From a bacterium (lineage in GTDB: Bacteria; Electryoneota; Electryoneia; Electryoneales; Electryoneaceae), in the NCBI GenBank assembly GCA_963669175.1, contig OY769902.1, positions 2,400,001-2,464,000 of the forward strand: a stretch of 64,000 nucleotides of DNA, given 5' to 3'. Under the pieces are notes generated by a model that was given only the letters and a program-made list of their open reading frames with translations, made no database searches and was not told the DNA's origin. Numbering within the stretch: the first letter of the stretch is position 1; every line of letters starts with the position of its first letter. The position numbers and the translations under genes were made by a program. Positions 50,101-58,933 of this stretch are shown in pieces.

Positions 50101-51305
50101 CCCTTGGCGCCATAGGCAAGGGCCAGGTTAGCCTCCGCACGGAATTCCGGTTCTGTTTTTCGTCGGTAACTTTTTTGAAGAAGGTCATCCATTATGTTGT
50201 AGTCATGGTAAATTCGATCTGGCATCATCATATACCAGTATTCTTTATTGCGCCCACCATCCCCTTGAACAGCATCGTTATAGATTTTGGAGGCCACCCA
50301 TTGAATGCCATACATATACTGATGAATGTCTTTTTGATACGAACCACCGTCATATGTGGAGCCATAAGTTCGAGAAGAATCAGGCGATGAAGTATCAATA
50401 TTCCAATCTTTCATTGGCGTGCTATAGGTATAAAATACATCCCATCCGTTACACTCGTCAAAAAAATCTGATCCAATCCATGGAATCATCTTTCCGTATA
50501 CTTCCAGGGAGAAGAAAGGATCATTATCGTCAAGCTCAGTTCCTGCAATTTCATTGTAATACTCAATATCTTCGTAGTGATATACACCTTCACCAGTCGA
50601 TGAAATATCTGGGGATGGCCTGGATACACCTTCAAAGGTCAAAAAATTTGCAGGATTATTACCCGTTACAATTGGTGCATTGGGATTATCGCCCCGATAA
50701 GAACGAATATCGTCGATTATTTCATTCAGGAAAGGATAAACAACTGAAACATCTAATCTTGTGAATGGAGGATCCGCCCATCGCCTGAACGGTTCCTCAC
50801 CAAGCCAGAAACCACCAAAATATGGATCATACATGGCTTGTTTGGCAATGTTTCTATATCCAACTTTAATTAAATTCATATTAGAATATGATCTGGCACT
50901 AGTAGTAATTTTGTTACCCATTTGTTTGTACATATACATTTGAGTAGCGTAATTATATAATCCATCGGGATTAATATCACAGATAATAGCATGGTTGTTG
51001 CTACCATCAAGATCTAATTCTTTCCAGAAATGAAAGGGAAGTTTAGAATTGATGATAAATGTGCTATTAAAATATTCATAGATTTCTTGCTCGTTTCTCC
51101 TAACTTCCTGTTGATTTAAATAATCTTTATCAACAATAAGCATATAAAATTCATTTTTACTTGCAGGATAATTAACCATATCATGCATATCATACGGATG
51201 AAACAATCCCAAAGGAATATCCAGCGGTCTTTCCGCATTGGATAACTGCGTTAAAGCCAGTGATAAGAATGTAATCAGCCCAATGTACCTGATCAGACAC
51301 CTCAT
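47127..51305 (-). CDS. Large secreted protein: putative GH-like TIM barrel + parallel beta-helix + helical region + T9SS type A-like CTD
   Basis: Signal peptide; GGFWLGEEP and E.RAEANLALAYGAKG.M.Y motifs; SGTI..DTTWSG...VTLTILPGT then PbH1-like repeats; CTD AYPNPFNP...WDG....G..VASGVY. Confidence 0.7.
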   Translation of the reverse strand: MRCLIRYIGLITFLSLALTQLSNAERPLDIPLGLFHPYDMHDMVNYPASKNEFYMLIVDKDYLNQQEVRRNEQEIYEYFNSTFIINSKLPFHFWKELDLDGSNNHAIICDINPDGLYNYATQMYMYKQMGNKITTSARSYSNMNLIKVGYRNIAKQAMYDPYFGGFWLGEEPFRRWADPPFTRLDVSVVYPFLNEIIDDIRSYRGDNPNAPIVTGNNPANFLTFEGVSRPSPDISSTGEGVYHYEDIEYYNEIAGTELDDNDPFFSLEVYGKMIPWIGSDFFDECNGWDVFYTYSTPMKDWNIDTSSPDSSRTYGSTYDGGSYQKDIHQYMYGIQWVASKIYNDAVQGDGGRNKEYWYMMMPDRIYHDYNIMDDLLQKSYRRKTEPEFRAEANLALAYGAKGLMMYSPASTYYYGTLNAIGEPDGYTRSIIDSVCNNEARDNMLWYGALDGTDYITNSLTNLRKPWTESNPENILHYPYYDTNVGEDAVYEISKAPYDYISHLYSPNGNYSRYSIRQELAYIRNLSWITACNSHEQIMKRALYPETYYQDLFDNNSYYDEATNRVHCTDINGDNATYPPIDYCIGHRDYRFQLYDIIGDQEYVYNGPDGHNYHQDFIFCYNSTIYVGFYKWPEKNVNEEYYYLVNTKTHQPSGDDFIAAGDQNIQLVFLSESSGLNDPLNGTTWEIVDVISEEVIDSFEYDCGIDTMDFIELEAGEGRIICARPKIAGLSGTIASDTTWSGTVRITGNVTVSNGVTLTILPGTRVLFDGKYMIKVFGRMVAVGTSSQRISFYPVEENPSGISWNGIIFQGGIKDEISTLEYCDIRDANIGVACMQQNEDLHIKYSTIKQCTYGIYKMYSYYTKFQESKIADCDYGIVDYYSSDNSWIRDCIVYNIERTGVDIRDGVNALLYGNTIQYCGYDGIELDNINQVNMRAGYFGNNPNIIRYNGYDDPNTYRGINASDCYFNNLLYTHIYENLGTGILLESQTSVNNNGSYSNELILANNALELERGMLPNIYNSQVLVNNGCSWNFYNRNYDFIDKYSTDATPTDATYMIAMLESGTHDVSGNYFGNADGNFDYTEIPNNYYFFTVTSSPPTYIVCNQANTNTSNTDSVYWQIFEVDDSPQSMLDLAYSLMDSAEAQAEVEDILDELIELRFAPALRAMCCLKREMNEDAGDIASYLDGIPCDTVDTAFNMEIEFAKASSYLMFADFPSARNTYENMLLEDIEVPDSIRAELGLANTDLLELAEEEIINAGLHVQGLGTPLTRRITVEDRIGELRAALYNFYNGIRTRAERPLPTEFALEPAYPNPFNPSVTVPYALPKTADVQLTVYNVLGQRVVQLVNRKMNAGYHQVIWDGRSQAGLPVASGVYFVTMEAGSYIKTQKIVMVK

Positions 51306-51340
51306 AACCCCCCCTTTTGTACACTGAAAATTGTTTTCTT

Positions 51341-53119
51341 TTATCGAACCAGCGTTACTTTTCTTGCTACGGTTGCATTGGTCGCAAGGCTGCGAAGTTG
51401 AACCAGGTACACACCAGAAGCATACTCGTTCGCCTGCCAGCGCCAGTTTCCCCGGCCGGATTGGGATACCTGTATCGTGTCTTTATGCACACTTTCACCG
51501 AGAAGATTGAACACGGTGAATTCATACCGGCCCGGCGCATCAATGTCATACTGTACGGTTACCGAAGAGTTGAAGGGATCAGGGTAGGCATTTACAATCG
51601 AAAAAGCCCTGGGAGAGTTAACTATGTTTGGAGACTCTTGTACCGGGTAGTCTTCTTCGGAAACCACCGTTTGTGTCATCAGGAATGCGCCGAAATAGCT
51701 ACCATCAGATTGATAGGCACAATACCAAGCCGTCAGAAATGTATCCGGAGCGCTTTTTATTGTACATAATCGGTCTGCTGGATAGATAGCGGGATTACAT
51801 AAAGAATCCGCTTCAATACCCCAGGGAAGTTCTCCCTCCCGGGATACCATCTGCGCATATGGGAATATTTGACCACGCTGGTCCCTGAAAGTGAACAACT
51901 GATAATAAGGTTCGGCAAACATTTGTGTTGCATGAGCATAAGTAACTTCACCTACATCCCATGGGGACGGGTATAACGGTTGACCATCGTAGGAACATAT
52001 ATATAGATGATTTAAATATGTTATTTCAGGATTAAATGTCAAACATACGATATATACAAAAAAACCATCTGTTGCGATATCAGCATTGCCTGTAAAACAC
52101 TGCACATCGAATGACGGATCATCAGACAACTGTCCGCCGAGAAGGAGGGTTCCGTGGGGACCATTCCGGACCAGTCCGTCCGGCCCAATATAAAAGTAAC
52201 GAAGCTCATCCACGCTTCCATTGCCGATACAATACCCGCCATTGGGAAAAGCCACTACATTGTAAGAATGGCAACTGTAATAATGTTCATTCTCTTCATC
52301 ATACGTGCTTCTGTGAATGATCGTCGGATTGTCTTCCCAGAAAACCTGCCCGTTAAGATTGACATATCGCGCCATCAGGCTGTCATGAATTTCCGTAAAA
52401 AAAGCCACACCATTGAAGGGCGATGTTACCGCGCGGCAGGTTCCCACCATGGCATCCAGATCAGGAGATACCCGGACATTGCGCCAGACCACTTCGCCAT
52501 CCGAAGTGACTCGATGCGCCATCATATACGCTATATCCTGACCATTTTCCACAGTTCCATAGTAATGCCCAACAATGATACCACCAACTCCATCAGAGGT
52601 TGTAGCCCGCCACCATTGGGTCTGCATAAAATTGGAATCTGTAGAATCATTCAGTGTGAGTTGAATGCCACGGGGACCGAAGAGACGTTCCCCTTCAGGG
52701 GAGAACCGTTGCACCCAGATGGCGTTGTTTCTTGCTTCGGTGCGTTTGCCCTCAAACACCACATAGACCTCCCCGCCCGGTGCGGGAACACAGGCGCCGA
52801 AATAGAACGCATACATCGAATCGGGATCTGCGACGAAGATGCCCTCTTCCGGCCACAACACTTCGCCGTTCCGGTTGATGTGCTGCACCTTGCATCGGGG
52901 TTCACCTGTTGCATCAGGATCATAACTGGTAAAATATACCAGGTAACACCCGCCGCTACTGTCCGGGACAAGGCCAAAGCGACTGTATATCGCGCTGTTG
53001 TAAGGAGTTACCTGCGTTCCGGAAGGCAGCCACTCGGCAAGCGCTGACAGGGAAATGGTAACAAGAAGGAATGCCACCGAAATGGCGATTCCTGGTTTGT
53101 TGTGAGAAAGATACATCAT
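51341..53119 (-). CDS. Secreted beta-propeller-like protein with T9SS type A-like CTD
   Basis: Signal peptide; repeats PDSSGG/SDGVGG...QH/QR...GE.LW; CTD AYPDPFNS...ASGVYLV. Confidence 0.72.
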   Translation of the reverse strand: MMYLSHNKPGIAISVAFLLVTISLSALAEWLPSGTQVTPYNSAIYSRFGLVPDSSGGCYLVYFTSYDPDATGEPRCKVQHINRNGEVLWPEEGIFVADPDSMYAFYFGACVPAPGGEVYVVFEGKRTEARNNAIWVQRFSPEGERLFGPRGIQLTLNDSTDSNFMQTQWWRATTSDGVGGIIVGHYYGTVENGQDIAYMMAHRVTSDGEVVWRNVRVSPDLDAMVGTCRAVTSPFNGVAFFTEIHDSLMARYVNLNGQVFWEDNPTIIHRSTYDEENEHYYSCHSYNVVAFPNGGYCIGNGSVDELRYFYIGPDGLVRNGPHGTLLLGGQLSDDPSFDVQCFTGNADIATDGFFVYIVCLTFNPEITYLNHLYICSYDGQPLYPSPWDVGEVTYAHATQMFAEPYYQLFTFRDQRGQIFPYAQMVSREGELPWGIEADSLCNPAIYPADRLCTIKSAPDTFLTAWYCAYQSDGSYFGAFLMTQTVVSEEDYPVQESPNIVNSPRAFSIVNAYPDPFNSSVTVQYDIDAPGRYEFTVFNLLGESVHKDTIQVSQSGRGNWRWQANEYASGVYLVQLRSLATNATVARKVTLVR

Positions 53120-53288
53120 TATAAATCCTCGATTTCAGGCTATTAATCTAAACTGGGAAAGATGAAATCATCGTATCCTGTATTAAACTATACTCTGAAA
53201 ACTGTTGATAGCAACGATGACAACGGAGAAAACTTGAAAAGTTTATGGCGCTGGCTATCTCATAGAGCAAAGTACGGGATAGAGTTTT

Positions 53289-53326
53289 AAAAAGACTGCC
53301 ACCCCTGGATAACAGAAGTGGCAGTT
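53289..53326 (-). terminator. Intrinsic terminator downstream of aspA
   Basis: The minus strand reads ACTGCCAC(TTCTG-loop-CAGGG)GTGGCAGT followed by CTTTTT. Confidence 0.65.
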
Positions 53327-53467
53327 CTAAATGTACAATCTATCAAAACTTCAACACAATCAAAACTATAGGTAAACACGAGCGAAACGGTTTTTTTGAA
53401 GTGTCTGAAAAGCAATTGCCCAAGAATGAAGAAAAAAATACTAACAGACGCTACAGGTTAAACTAGA

Positions 53468-55336
53468 TCACGTCAACTTATGTGGCTTGATCATGTTTTC
53501 CGGTTTCAGCATCTCGTCGAGTTCTTCCTTGCTGAGCAGGTTCCGTTCCAGTACCAGTTCGTAGACACCACGTCCGGTTTCGAGGGCTTCCTTGGCGATT
53601 TCGCTGGAGGTCTCGTAGCCGAGCACCGGGTTCAGCGCGGTAACCAGTCCGATGGAGTGTTCCACCTGGGCGCGGCAGACGTCTTCGTTGGCGGTGATGC
53701 CGTTGATGCAACGGTGGATCAGGGTCGTGATGCCGTTTTTCAACATTTCCTGGGATTCGAACAGGCTCTGTACGATCACCGGTTCCATCACATTCAGCTC
53801 GAGCTGGCCCGCTTCAGCCGCCATAGTTACCGTCAGGTCGTTGCCGATCACCTTGAAAGCGATCTGGTTGACCACTTCCGGGATGACCGGGTTGACCTTG
53901 CCGGGCATGATGGAGGAGCCGGGCTGCATCTTGGGCAGGTTGATCTCGTTGATCCCGGCGCGTGGGCCGCTGGAAAGCAGGCGCAGGTCATTGCTGATCT
54001 TGGACAGCTTGACCGCGAGACGTTTGATCGCGGAGCTATACATGACAAATGCGCCGGTGTCCTGCGTCGCTTCGACCAGGTTCTTGGCAAGGTTGACTTC
54101 CAGCCCGGTAATGTCACGTAAATGCTCAATCACCTTCTGCGGATACTCCGGGTCGGCGTTCAGGCCGGTGCCGATGGCCGTACCACCCATATTCAGCTCG
54201 AGGAACAGGTCGGCGATCTGGGTGAGACGATGAATTTCTTCTTCAATCGTCTCCGCATACGCCTCGAAGGTCTGGCCCAGTGTCATGGGCACGGCATCCT
54301 GCAACTGCGTGCGTCCCATTTTCAGGATATGGGCGAACTCTTCCGCCTTCTTCCGCAACGCTACCTCGAACTGACGCAACACCTTGACCAGCGCATGGTT
54401 GGCGTTGATCAACGCGACTTTCATCGCGGAAGGATAAGCGTCGTTGGTAGATTGCGACAGGTTGACATGGTTGTTCGGGTGGCAGTTCTGGTAATCGCCC
54501 TTTTCGTAGCCGAGGATTTCCAGCGCACGGTTAGCAATGACTTCGTTGGCGTTCATGTTAGTCGAGGTACCCGCGCCGCCTTGAATCATGTCCACGACAA
54601 AATGAGTGTGGAATTTCCCCTGCATGATCTCGCCGCAAGCCTGCACGATGGCGTCGTTGATCGGCTTGGACAACAGGCCCAGGTCATGGTTGGCGCGTGA
54701 CGCCGCCATCTTGATCGCCGCCAGGGCTTCAATGATGTTCGGGTAATGAGTCAGCGAGATGCCGCTGATGGGGAAGTTTTCCAGGGCGCGCAGGGTCTGG
54801 ATACCGTAGTAGAACTCAAAGGGCACATCACGGTAGCCCAGCAGGTCGTGCTCTTTGCGGGTACGTCCGGAGACATACTGCGCTCCAGCATCGGCAACAC
54901 GTGTGGAAGTGTGGCGCATGCGACGGCTGATCACTCGAGCCGCGCGGGACAGCACTTTGTGTCCGATTCCCGGTTCTGTGATGACAAGCTCGTTGAATTT
55001 TTCACGGTTCAGCGATAAAAGCGTCGATTTCAACATGGCGCGGCAGGAGGTGGAATGGGGATAATCATCCATCAAGGCGCCTTCACCCAGGAAATCGAAC
55101 TTGCGGAAAAATGACAACCGTTTTTCTTCACCAAAAGGTGTGCGTTTGAACAACTCTACTTCACCGTTATAGATGACATGCACATAGACGCGAGGAGCAT
55201 TTTCGGTAAAAATTACATCACCCGTATCGTATTCTAAGGTATCAACCATGGAAAGCAGACTGGAGAGTTCACGTTCGTCCAAGTCCTGGAACAGCTCAAC
55301 CTGACCAAGAAAATCTAGTTTACGCTTGGTTTCCAT
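53468..55336 (-). CDS. aspA: Aspartate ammonia-lyase with N-terminal cyclic-nucleotide-binding (Crp-like) domain
   Basis: N-terminal ~150 aa: LF..L...EL, G.VIF.E, G.V, F.GEGAL. Aspartase part: R.EHDLLG, YYGIQT.RA.ENF, QGGAGTSTNMN, KMGRTQLQDA, GSSIMPGKVNP. Confidence 0.92.
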   Translation of the reverse strand: METKRKLDFLGQVELFQDLDERELSSLLSMVDTLEYDTGDVIFTENAPRVYVHVIYNGEVELFKRTPFGEEKRLSFFRKFDFLGEGALMDDYPHSTSCRAMLKSTLLSLNREKFNELVITEPGIGHKVLSRAARVISRRMRHTSTRVADAGAQYVSGRTRKEHDLLGYRDVPFEFYYGIQTLRALENFPISGISLTHYPNIIEALAAIKMAASRANHDLGLLSKPINDAIVQACGEIMQGKFHTHFVVDMIQGGAGTSTNMNANEVIANRALEILGYEKGDYQNCHPNNHVNLSQSTNDAYPSAMKVALINANHALVKVLRQFEVALRKKAEEFAHILKMGRTQLQDAVPMTLGQTFEAYAETIEEEIHRLTQIADLFLELNMGGTAIGTGLNADPEYPQKVIEHLRDITGLEVNLAKNLVEATQDTGAFVMYSSAIKRLAVKLSKISNDLRLLSSGPRAGINEINLPKMQPGSSIMPGKVNPVIPEVVNQIAFKVIGNDLTVTMAAEAGQLELNVMEPVIVQSLFESQEMLKNGITTLIHRCINGITANEDVCRAQVEHSIGLVTALNPVLGYETSSEIAKEALETGRGVYELVLERNLLSKEELDEMLKPENMIKPHKLT

Positions 55337-55615
55337 CCTTTACTCCCGTCCGTTAAATGAAGAATCAACATGCATCGAAAATACGAGTAGCTATCGTCGA
55401 TTGAAAGCAGAGCAGGAGAACCCGTTCTCCCCAACTTCGATTTGCACCTCACCACCCCTCAGCTTATCTTCACACTAATTTGGACGTTAGAAGGTGCTTT
55501 GGTGCAAGCGACTGAAAATGCAGTATTTATATTTTCTTAGAGAATTTACCCCGCCGAGTACAGAATAAACCGGGGAATCGAACGGAACTGGTGAACATCA
55601 AGCCTTGGGTGAACC

Positions 55616-56170
55616 ATGAGTGAGAAAAAGAACGTGGTCATGGACGCAACCGCGATGAAGCGTAGTATTCGCCGGTTGGCCAGTGAGATCGTTGAACGGA
55701 ACCAGGGTATAGAAAACATCGGCCTGCTTGGGGTACGGACACGGGGTGTGTATGTCGCCCGTCGTATTGCCAAGGAAATTGAAAAGATCGAAGACACCAA
55801 TCTCCCGATCGGGGTGCTTGATATTACCCTGTACCGGGATGATTTCCGGATTCGGAAGGTAGGCCCGGGTGTGCAGGTCACGGACATTCCTTTTGACCCG
55901 GATGGCAAGACAGTGATTCTGATTGACGATGTTCTTTATACGGGACGCACCAGCCGTGCCGCGCTGGATGCCTTGATGGATTACGGTCGTCCGGGACGTG
56001 TGCAGCTTGCGGTTCTGGTAGACCGTGGACATCGTGAATTGCCGATAAAAGCTGATTTTGTTGGGATGAACATTCCGACAACATCAGGTGAAAACGTAAA
56101 AGTGCTCATGAAAGAGCAGGATGGGGAAGATGCTGTAATCCTGCTCGCAAAAGATACTTCGGAGAGCTAA
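55616..56170 (+). CDS. pyrR: Pyrimidine operon regulator/UPRTase PyrR
   Basis: LDITLYRDD; IDDVLYTGRT.RAA; VDRGHRELPI.AD.VG. Confidence 0.95.
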   Translation: MSEKKNVVMDATAMKRSIRRLASEIVERNQGIENIGLLGVRTRGVYVARRIAKEIEKIEDTNLPIGVLDITLYRDDFRIRKVGPGVQVTDIPFDPDGKTVILIDDVLYTGRTSRAALDALMDYGRPGRVQLAVLVDRGHRELPIKADFVGMNIPTTSGENVKVLMKEQDGEDAVILLAKDTSES

Positions 56171-56171
56171 G

Positions 56172-57107
56172 ATGCCGCTTTCCACCCGTCACCTCCTTGG
56201 CCTGGAGGGGATGAGCGCGGAGGACATCCAGAAGATCCTGGATGCAGCGGTGACGTTCAAAGAGATTCTGGAACGTCCCATTCCCAAAGTGCCCACCCTT
56301 CGCCACGTGACCGTGGTCAACCTGTTTTTCGAAAATTCCACTCGTACTCGTGTCAGTTTTGAACTCGCTCAAAAGCGGCTCAGTGCGGATGTCGTGAATT
56401 TTTCCGCGTCAACCTCGTCTGTGAGTAAAGGCGAATCGCTCATCGATACGGTGAAAAATATCGAAGCGATGAAGATCGACATGGTGGTGATGCGTCACCC
56501 CATGCCCGGTGCGCCTTTGCTGCTGACGCGCCATTGTACCTCGAAAGTGGTCAATGCCGGTGACGGTACCCATGAACATCCCACCCAGGCGCTCCTGGAC
56601 ATGATGACCATGCGGGAAACCTTCGGCAGCTTCGAAGGCTTGCGGGTTACTATCGTGGGCGATATCGCGCACAGTCGTGTGGCGTTGTCCAACATTCATG
56701 GCCTCAAGGCCATGGGCGCAGAAGTAGCCGTATGCGGACCGCCGACACTTATGCCGCGTCACCTGCAACGGCTCGGGGTCAAGATGTATACCGACCTCGA
56801 TGAAGCGATCGCCAATTCCGACTGCCTCAACGTGTTGCGTATTCAGCTCGAACGGCAGAAGACCGGCCTGTTCCCTTCAATCCGGGAATATCGCGCCAAC
56901 TTCGGGATTACACGCGAGCGTCTGGACAAGGCGAGGCGAGACCTGGTAATTATGCACCCCGGCCCGATGAACCGTGGGGTGGAAATCGATACGGATGTAG
57001 CGGACAGCCCGCAGAGCGTGATCCTGCAACAGGTCACCAACGGTGTGGCGGTTCGGATGGCAGTGTTGTTCCTGCTGGCAGGAGGTGAACGTGAGCTGGT
57101 CGACTAG
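56172..57107 (+). CDS. pyrB: Aspartate carbamoyltransferase catalytic subunit
   Basis: FFENSTRT; HEHPTQALLD; RIQLER; MHPGP.NRGVEI. Confidence 0.97.
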   Translation: MPLSTRHLLGLEGMSAEDIQKILDAAVTFKEILERPIPKVPTLRHVTVVNLFFENSTRTRVSFELAQKRLSADVVNFSASTSSVSKGESLIDTVKNIEAMKIDMVVMRHPMPGAPLLLTRHCTSKVVNAGDGTHEHPTQALLDMMTMRETFGSFEGLRVTIVGDIAHSRVALSNIHGLKAMGAEVAVCGPPTLMPRHLQRLGVKMYTDLDEAIANSDCLNVLRIQLERQKTGLFPSIREYRANFGITRERLDKARRDLVIMHPGPMNRGVEIDTDVADSPQSVILQQVTNGVAVRMAVLFLLAGGERELVD

Positions 57108-58446
57108 ACAAGTAGCGGATCTGATGAGCGAACGCGGCTGGTATGCTGCCAAGTCCGCCCTGGTCGCGTTACAGGGCGCACGTGTCATCGACCCGGCTTC
57201 GGACCTTGACACGGTTACTGACCTGCTCATCGATAAAGGTAAAATCGTCAAAATCGGATCGTTGACCAAGAGCGATCTGAAAGACGCGAAAGTGATCGAC
57301 CTTGAGGGGAAGATTGTTGCCCCGGGGTTCTTCGATATGCACGTTCACCTGCGTGAACCGGGCCGTGAAGACAAGGAAACCATCTTCACCGGCACCACCG
57401 CCGCTGCGGCGGGCGGCTTCACCGGGCTTTGCTGCATGCCCAACACAAACCCGACGCTGGACAATACCGGTGTGGTTCGCTGGGTGTTTGACCTGGCTTC
57501 CGGATCTCCGGTTTCGGTGTATCCTGTCGCGGCGATTACCAAGGGACGTGAAGGCAAAGAGCTGACCGAGATCAGCGACCTGTACCACGCCGGGGTACGC
57601 ATGCTGTCTGATGACGGCGACCCCGTGCTGGATGCCGGAGTTATGCGTCGCGCGCTGGAGTACAGCTCCATGCATGATATGGTCATCTCGACCCATTCAG
57701 AAGACCCGAACCTGGCCGGTGATGGTGTGATGCGTGAAGGCGAAATGTCCACACGTCTTGGCCTGAAACCCTGGCCGTCCCTGGCGGAATCGGTCATGGT
57801 CGCGCGTGATGTGCAGCTCGCCGGGTTTACCGGGGGACGTCTGCACGTGGGCCACATCTCCAGCAAAGAGTCCATCGATATGGTCCGTTGGGCCAAGAAG
57901 CAGGGCTACAAGGTTACCGCTGAGGCCACGCCGCATCATATCGCGCTGACCGATGAAGCGTGCGCGACTTACGATCCCAACTTCAAGATGAACCCGCCGC
58001 TCGGAACCGATGAGGACCGTCTGGCGGTGCTGCAAGGCTTGAAAGACGGGACCATTGACTGTATCTCGACTGATCATGCACCGCATACCATCGAAGACAA
58101 GCTGCACGAGTTCGACCGTGCGCCCAACGGCATCATCGGGCTGGAAACCTCGGTCGGTATTATCGCAAAAGAGCTGGTGCGTAAGGATATGTGGGACTGG
58201 GTGGATGTGGTCAAACACATGGCGATCAACCCGCGCAAGATCCTGCGTCTGAAACCGGCCTACATCAAGGAAGGCGCCCCGGCGGAACTGACCCTGATCG
58301 ACCCGAACCATACTTGGACCGTGGAACCGAAGAAGTTCTTCAGCAAAGCACGCAACACACCGTTCGGCGGTTGGGAACTCCCGGCCATGCCCATCGGGAT
58401 CCTGAATCGGGGGTGGATGCTAATTGCACCCCATGTGGTGGAGTAG
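57091..58446 (+). CDS. pyrC: Dihydroorotase
   Basis: DMHVHLREPG; MPNT; EATPHH; KMNPPL; TDHAPH. GTG 57091 follows GGAGG (exact start uncertain). Confidence 0.95.
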   Translation: MSWSTRQVADLMSERGWYAAKSALVALQGARVIDPASDLDTVTDLLIDKGKIVKIGSLTKSDLKDAKVIDLEGKIVAPGFFDMHVHLREPGREDKETIFTGTTAAAAGGFTGLCCMPNTNPTLDNTGVVRWVFDLASGSPVSVYPVAAITKGREGKELTEISDLYHAGVRMLSDDGDPVLDAGVMRRALEYSSMHDMVISTHSEDPNLAGDGVMREGEMSTRLGLKPWPSLAESVMVARDVQLAGFTGGRLHVGHISSKESIDMVRWAKKQGYKVTAEATPHHIALTDEACATYDPNFKMNPPLGTDEDRLAVLQGLKDGTIDCISTDHAPHTIEDKLHEFDRAPNGIIGLETSVGIIAKELVRKDMWDWVDVVKHMAINPRKILRLKPAYIKEGAPAELTLIDPNHTWTVEPKKFFSKARNTPFGGWELPAMPIGILNRGWMLIAPHVVE

Positions 58447-58469
58447 AAGTGATTCTCTTTCGAAATATG

Positions 58470-58499
58470 GCCCGGCTTTAATAGTCGGGTTTTATATTT
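58470..58499 (+). terminator. Intrinsic terminator of the pyr operon
   Basis: GCCCGGCT-loop-AGTCGGGT (with G-U pairs) followed by TTTATATTT. Confidence 0.6.
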
Positions 58500-58548
58500 G
58501 TGCTGTGTATACAAGGCGGAAGGATGGATAGAGTTTGATTGAAAAGAG

Positions 58549-58565
58549 TTAACCTTAGAGGTTAA
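58549..58565. promoter_or_regulatory. Putative HigA operator
   Basis: Perfect 7-3-7 palindrome TTAACCT-TAG-AGGTTAA, 26 nt upstream of the toxin ATG. Confidence 0.6.
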
Positions 58566-58591
58566 TAAAATATTTGCATAGTGGACTTAAT

Positions 58592-58933
58592 ATGGATATC
58601 TTATACAAGAGCCAGAAACTCAGGAAAACCTGCAATAGCATCAAAGACCTGACGAAAACTTATGGTCCTGATCAGGCGAAGGTGATCAGGCGGCGACAGG
58701 ATCAGCTACGTGCAGCTACATGCCTTGCAGACATACGAAATCTGCCGGGACATTGGCATGAGTTGACAGGGGATCGGGCTGGGACACTTGCCGTAAATCT
58801 GCGAGGTCTTACACGAATGATTTTCGAAGTGGCTGATGAACCGGTTCCGTTACTGGATGATGGTGGTTTAGACTGGAAAAGTGTGACTTCAATACGCATT
58901 CTTGAAGTGGGGGTTGACTATCATGGTGACTGA
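58592..58933 (+). CDS. higB: HigB/RelE-family toxin
   Basis: K.YG...AK.I.RR..L.AA..L.D....PG..HEL.GDR.G..AV.L....R.IFE; lies upstream of an HTH antitoxin. Confidence 0.8.
   Translation: MDILYKSQKLRKTCNSIKDLTKTYGPDQAKVIRRRQDQLRAATCLADIRNLPGHWHELTGDRAGTLAVNLRGLTRMIFEVADEPVPLLDDGGLDWKSVTSIRILEVGVDYHGD

Noticed and set aside
55337-55615. PyrR-binding attenuator upstream of pyrR
   Set aside because: I could not find the ARUCCnGnGAGGYU binding loop or a terminator with a U-tract; a covariance-model search would be needed.
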